NCBI GenBank assembly: GCA_019057375.1 | Contig: DXJF01000079.1 | Span: 1-19,265, forward strand | Source: Candidatus Heimdallarchaeota archaeon | GTDB taxonomy: Archaea; Asgardarchaeota; Heimdallarchaeia; Heimdallarchaeales; Heimdallarchaeaceae | Reading direction: 5' to 3' | DNA: 19,265 nt | Part shown: one piece after another, positions 14,854-19,265 of the stretch | Numbering within the stretch: position 1 is the first letter of the stretch | Layout: every line of letters starts with the position of its first letter | Notes under the pieces: model-generated | The model's input: the letters and a program-made list of their open reading frames with translations, nothing else | Databases searched by the model: none | What the model was told of the DNA's origin: nothing | Made by a program: the position numbers and the translations under genes

Positions 14854-17121
14854 ATGATGTTATTTTCTAAAGAGATCGTCGAGTTACTAAGTGATTCACC
14901 ATTCAAACAATTTGTACTAATGGAATTAGAACGTGAAAGAATTTACCAATCTTTTGTGCAAATAGATGATTTGGATGAAATAAGTCAAGTTTGGCTAGAT
15001 TTTTCTCAATTCTGTGCAGACACTCTTTCGAATGTTTCATCGCTATCTCACCTACTTTATAGTCGTTATCTGGATGAATGGACAAGAGATCAAGCTCAAA
15101 TTAAAGCAGATAAAGAAAGAAAGAAAATTATCACTCAAAAATTAGAAGATTTGCAAGAATTTCAGATGGAATTAGCAATTTTAATGATAGTATATGCGGA
15201 TATTGTTAATACAGGTATATTTAGTTCTCAACCATCTCCTGATTATTGTACATCTTTTATTGAGGGTTATAGAATACTAAACACAATTTCTCAAACATAT
15301 TTTGATTCATCCCACCCAAGAGCTTCAAATATAGAAGAAGTAATGTTGACCTTTCTATTACTTAATCAAAAAAAACAAATCATACAACTTTTAGAAGAAT
15401 CACCCAATGGATATAGCAAGGAAAGATTAATCGAGGAAAAGGGCGCTTATGAACTAATAATGGCAGAATTTGATGTCTCTTTCACTGCACAATTTCTAAA
15501 AAGACTGGGAGAAGATTGGTGGTGGAAAGATTCAATAGCTACTCATTTTGCTTTTGAAAGAAGTTTAAGCCATCTTGAGTTAGCACTAGATTATTATAAC
15601 CAAATACCTGAAGATCCAGAATTAAAAGGAAATCAAATTGAAACAAGTCATATCTCTTTAAATCAAGCTCAAAGAAATAAAGAGCTTATTGATCATTATC
15701 TCAGATTGAGTTTCGAAGCAGCTAAAAGTGATAGTTTCATTGCAAGTGTTGAATATCTGAATCTTGTTCTAGGACTAGAGGAAGAGGCTTTGAAAATTTT
15801 AGACTCCGACGTGGAAATGAACGAAAGAACTTTGAAATTAAAAGAAACTATCACAAAAGAAAAAACCATACATAATTTCTTTCATGGAATTGCAGAACTT
15901 GCAGCTAAAACTTCAATGTTGTACACTATAATTGCAGATGAGAAGAAAAAAGAAATTCAGAGCATCTTAGAACAAATAGAAGAAATAGTAAATAAACCAG
16001 GTTTAAAGGTAAATATCAATTATGTAAGTAGTCTCCCATTTGTTTATCTAAACTTTGTTCAAGAGTTAAAAATAGCTTTACTTGAAAATTTACACCTTAA
16101 AGATGCAATGGAAAGAGCAGAACAAAATCTAGTTCGTTTTATTGAGAGATTAGAATATGCAATCACTGATATCTCTTCACAAATGATAGAAATAGAAAAA
16201 GCAGATACAAAAATAAAATCTGAAGATATACAACCTTTACTAGAAAATATAGAAACAATAAAGATCTCAGCTTATTTCCTTCCTAAAACAGAAAAGAAAG
16301 TTTACATCGTGAAAGACATAGAATGTCTTGAGTATATGGCTAACTCTGTGTATTTAGAACAAAATCTCGTTGAAAAAGAATCAAATGAAGTTTTGGATAT
16401 CATATATCATGCTAAAGCTCATTATTATTCAACAAAAGCACTAGAAATATCTCAATTGAGCAGTGAATCAAATATAGATAAGGAATGGGTAGAACACAGA
16501 TATAGTCAAACATTCATTCAAGGACAGGACGTAGAATTACGTTTATTTGAACTATCCAGACAGTATCTGTTTTTAAATACTGTAATAGATAAAATTGCTA
16601 AAGGATATAGATTCTCACTCTCTTCAGAAGATTCCATTAAGGAAAATTACTTTACAATTATAAATCACAACTTCAATCATTTTGCTCTATTTGACATAAT
16701 TAACAAACGAATTGCTGAAAACTGCTTAGAACTATTAAATCATAAAGAGATGTTTGATTTAAAGGACTCAAATATCAACTGGAATGCAATCGAAATTAAG
16801 AAAATATTATCTCTTGCCTTGACTGATTTTTTAGAAGCAACAAAGAAAGCAATCTTTGGAATTGGTGCAGATACTAATAAGGAAAATTACAAAGCTGCCT
16901 CTCACTTTAACGATGGAGCAAAGGCAGCAAAGGATGCAAGTGATCATTTACAATCTGTTGCACAATTCGATTCAACCTTTGCACAACTAGCTAAATCAGC
17001 TTATGAATACAGCATTTTACTAAAAGAGTTAGAACGAAAAACAAGAGAAAATGAGAAATTACAAAAACTTCCTATTGATGAGTTATTCAATGTTCTCAAA
17101 CAACTTACTTTTCTTTCCTAA
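14854..17121 (+). CDS. Large (755 aa) acidic all-alpha hypothetical protein, possible alpha-solenoid
   Basis: Long uninterrupted ORF, Glu/Leu/Ile/Lys-rich amphipathic helices, no signal peptide, TM segment or catalytic motif recognised. Confidence 0.8.
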   Translation: MMLFSKEIVELLSDSPFKQFVLMELERERIYQSFVQIDDLDEISQVWLDFSQFCADTLSNVSSLSHLLYSRYLDEWTRDQAQIKADKERKKIITQKLEDLQEFQMELAILMIVYADIVNTGIFSSQPSPDYCTSFIEGYRILNTISQTYFDSSHPRASNIEEVMLTFLLLNQKKQIIQLLEESPNGYSKERLIEEKGAYELIMAEFDVSFTAQFLKRLGEDWWWKDSIATHFAFERSLSHLELALDYYNQIPEDPELKGNQIETSHISLNQAQRNKELIDHYLRLSFEAAKSDSFIASVEYLNLVLGLEEEALKILDSDVEMNERTLKLKETITKEKTIHNFFHGIAELAAKTSMLYTIIADEKKKEIQSILEQIEEIVNKPGLKVNINYVSSLPFVYLNFVQELKIALLENLHLKDAMERAEQNLVRFIERLEYAITDISSQMIEIEKADTKIKSEDIQPLLENIETIKISAYFLPKTEKKVYIVKDIECLEYMANSVYLEQNLVEKESNEVLDIIYHAKAHYYSTKALEISQLSSESNIDKEWVEHRYSQTFIQGQDVELRLFELSRQYLFLNTVIDKIAKGYRFSLSSEDSIKENYFTIINHNFNHFALFDIINKRIAENCLELLNHKEMFDLKDSNINWNAIEIKKILSLALTDFLEATKKAIFGIGADTNKENYKAASHFNDGAKAAKDASDHLQSVAQFDSTFAQLAKSAYEYSILLKELERKTRENEKLQKLPIDELFNVLKQLTFLS

Positions 17122-17166
17122 GATGGCAGCGAATCTTTTTTAAGTTAGTATAATTAGCCATTCTTG

Positions 17167-18021
17167 ATGAATACAATTCCTAATGAGGAAGAACTTTTTG
17201 GAAGAATCGACAAAGCTTATCTTGAACTACAAGAGCTACGTGGAATTCCAAATAGTGATTATGATCAATATTATGTTTCGAAGACATCTAGTATTGAAAG
17301 AGTCCTCTTAGAACATCCTGACGATTATAATGGGAAGAGAATTATTTTTCTAGGGGATATGGACCTTTCTTCTTTACCATTAGGAATTCTTTCAAAACCA
17401 AAGGATTTAGCGGTTCTAGATATAGACAAACGAATTCCTGAAATTGTTTTTAACTTGAAAGTTAAACAAAAGATTAGAAACATACGATATGTAAATCATG
17501 ATATCCGCGTTCGAATGATAATTATTCTAAAAAATCAATTTGACTATATTTTTGTTGAACCTCCTATGACAGAGGAAGGGTTAGAGGTTGGTTTAACAAG
17601 AGCTGTACAATGTGCCAACAAGGAATCAACATCAAGAATCTTTCTATCTTTTGATATTGAAAGTGAAAAAGAAGATATTCTGGAAGAACTAGTTAATAAA
17701 ATGAATTTGGAGATAGAAGAGAAGAAGACGGATTTCAACAGCTATGAATACAAAACTCCTCTGAATAAAACAGTCTCGGACTTATACATAATTAAAGTAA
17801 AACCAAATTCTAAAGAAACCATAGCAAATCATTATTTTGGCCCTATGTATTATAGAGAGAGCAACAATCGCTTGCAACAGTATAGATGTAAATGTGATGA
17901 AATCTTCAATGTAGGATCTGCTGGTGAGATTAATTCAATTGATGAACTAGAAAATAAAGGATGTCCAAAATGTAATTATAAAGGTCCTTTCTTATATAAC
18001 TCAAGTATAGAGATTGAATAA
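17167..18021 (+). CDS. BpsA-like (branched-chain polyamine synthase/DUF43) SAM-fold aminopropyltransferase with C-terminal zinc ribbon
   Basis: DYDQYYV, GKRIIFLGDMDLSS (cf. GDDDLTS), VLDIDKRI, HDIR, FDYIFVEPP.T.EGL; C-terminal CKC...CPKC. ATG 17167 (TTG 17164). Confidence 0.78.
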   Translation: MNTIPNEEELFGRIDKAYLELQELRGIPNSDYDQYYVSKTSSIERVLLEHPDDYNGKRIIFLGDMDLSSLPLGILSKPKDLAVLDIDKRIPEIVFNLKVKQKIRNIRYVNHDIRVRMIIILKNQFDYIFVEPPMTEEGLEVGLTRAVQCANKESTSRIFLSFDIESEKEDILEELVNKMNLEIEEKKTDFNSYEYKTPLNKTVSDLYIIKVKPNSKETIANHYFGPMYYRESNNRLQQYRCKCDEIFNVGSAGEINSIDELENKGCPKCNYKGPFLYNSSIEIE

Positions 18022-18051
18022 AAAAAGTCATATCAAAAATCACGTGATTGC

Positions 18052-18408
18052 ATGTCAAATCCATCTAATAAAATAACAAAGTGTGCTCTGTGTAATGAGA
18101 AACTTGAATTGAATAGTCAAATCCTACTTAATGGATGCCCTTTTTGTGGATCCTTCAAATTCAAAACTTACAGAGAGAAGTCTTCAGATCAGAAGAAAGA
18201 AGAAGAACTTGAACTTATTGTAGAAAAAGAGATTCACCAAACAGATATAAAAGAGGGGGTTGAAGAAATCAGACTTACAAGTGATGGAGTTTTTGAAGTA
18301 GATATTGAAAAATTACTTTTAGAAAGTGATGATAATAAACCAATAGTAAGTAGAAATAAAGATGGTTCTTATTATATTAAATTTCAAACAGAAGAGGAAG
18401 AAAAGTAG
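18052..18408 (+). CDS. OapC/DUF2072 (COG3364)-like zinc-ribbon protein
   Basis: CALC...ILLNGCPFCGSFKF, then GVEEIRL...GVFEVDIEKL...DGSYYI. Confidence 0.8.
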   Translation: MSNPSNKITKCALCNEKLELNSQILLNGCPFCGSFKFKTYREKSSDQKKEEELELIVEKEIHQTDIKEGVEEIRLTSDGVFEVDIEKLLLESDDNKPIVSRNKDGSYYIKFQTEEEEK

Positions 18409-18465
18409 CTTTAGAAAACCTCTCACTTGTCAAAAGATTTTAAATTAACTGATTATTAATGGGGC

Positions 18466-18471
18466 AGAGGT
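18466..18471 (+). promoter_or_regulatory. Shine-Dalgarno site AGAGGT for rpo5
   Basis: 7 nt before TTG 18479. An in-frame stop at 18446-18448 and no intervening in-frame ATG support the TTG start. Confidence 0.6.
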
Positions 18472-18478
18472 AACTTAC

Positions 18479-19265
18479 TTGTCTTCTAAAGAACAAAAGG
18501 CTAAGGAAAAGAGGATATTGGATGGTGTTAAAGAAATTCTTGAATTTAGAGGATTTCAAATTAAAAAAACCAAAGAAGATGATGATTTCCTAGATATTTA
18601 TGCTGATAAAATTTCTGAAGAAAAAGAAAAGATAACAGCAATTGCAAGATTTCCAAAAAATCCTCAAATTGGAGTAAAACTAATTAGAATTTTAGGAAAA
18701 CTTCAAGAGGAAGAAGAGCTTGGTGAAGCCCTCCTTATTGCAGAATCACCTTTAACTCATTATGCAAAGAAAGAGTCAATTAAACTAGGTATTGAAATTA
18801 TAAGTAGCAATAATCCACTGTTTAACATCTTTGATCATTCAATAGTTCGTCAACATGTTAAGCTTAAATCACCAGATATAAAGCGCTTCTTAGAGAGATA
18901 CCAAATTGAAAAACATCAAATACCAAAAATCCTAGAAAATGATGCAGCTGTGAAAGCTATTCAAGCAAAACCTGGTGACATTATCAAAATCGTTCGAAAT
19001 CCAGATATGGGAGAAAATGGATCTTATTATAGGGTCGTTATAAAGTCAACATCTCGACTTCGTTTAATAGAAACAGGAACTATTAAAAAGAAAACAACAA
19101 GGAAGACTACTCCAAAAAAGCCTAAAGAAGCACCTGAAAAACCAGTTGAAGATAAACCTAAAACAACAACAAGTAAAACAGTTACAAAGCCAAAGAAAAC
19201 AACAAGTAAAACAGTTACAAAGCCAAAGAAAACAACAAGTAAAACAGTTACAAAGCCAAAGAAAA
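18479..19265 (+). CDS. rpo5: RNA polymerase subunit Rpo5/RpoH, Rpb5-like (jaw + assembly domain) with Lys/Thr/Pro-rich C-terminal tail; 3'-truncated
   Basis: Manually translated: ...RILDGVKEILEFRGF...IGVKLIR...PLTHYAKK...FNIFDHSIVRQH...FLERYQI...QIPKILEND.AVKAIQAKPGDIIKIVR...SYYRVV, then TIKKKTTRKTTPKKPK...(TTSKTVTKPKK)x3. No stop in window. Confidence 0.88.
   Translation, partial: MSSKEQKAKEKRILDGVKEILEFRGFQIKKTKEDDDFLDIYADKISEEKEKITAIARFPKNPQIGVKLIRILGKLQEEEELGEALLIAESPLTHYAKKESIKLGIEIISSNNPLFNIFDHSIVRQHVKLKSPDIKRFLERYQIEKHQIPKILENDAAVKAIQAKPGDIIKIVRNPDMGENGSYYRVVIKSTSRLRLIETGTIKKKTTRKTTPKKPKEAPEKPVEDKPKTTTSKTVTKPKKTTSKTVTKPKKTTSKTVTKPKK
19166..19265 (+). repeat. Perfect 33-bp coding tandem repeat (ACAACAAGTAAAACAGTTACAAAGCCAAAGAAA), 3 copies running to the window end
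   Basis: Copies at 19166-19198, 19199-19231 and 19232-19264, identical, in frame, encoding TTSKTVTKPKK. Confidence 0.97.

Noticed and set aside
8738-17738. ORF-track entries 8738..8935, 10925..11125, 12707..12895, 12892..13101, 14903..15085 and 17544..17738
   Set aside because: Antisense to real genes or overlapping tRNA-Arg; no coding features.
19166-19265. 33-bp repeats as a CRISPR array
   Set aside because: Head-to-tail with no spacers, length a multiple of 3, in frame within rpo5, and no cas genes.

Overview
AT-rich archaeal chromosomal window, most consistent with an Asgard archaeon. The lineage is inferred from a longin-domain protein, a Rag-like small GTPase, a two-domain Rpb5-like RNA polymerase subunit, Tsr3 and an intron-containing tRNA. 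It holds about 19 CDS (both end genes are truncated and missing from the ORF track, as is a 54-aa zinc-ribbon gene) and two tRNAs: Thr-CGT with a 13-nt intron and Arg-CCT. No mobile element or CRISPR array is visible. Most notable: (i) an Rpo5/Rpb5 with a eukaryote-type N-terminal jaw domain and a Lys/Thr/Pro tail ending in perfect 33-bp repeats; (ii) an HhH-like + Rag-like GTPase + roadblock-like fusion near a longin-winged-helix protein, echoing Rag/GATOR1 architecture; (iii) convergent bshC/bshA bacillithiol-type genes; (iv) a B3-like pseudobarrel + zinc-ribbon protein with an upstream palindrome; (v) an alpha-SNAP-like TPR protein; (vi) a divergent BpsA-like aminopropyltransferase. All family calls come from motif recognition by eye, without database searches.
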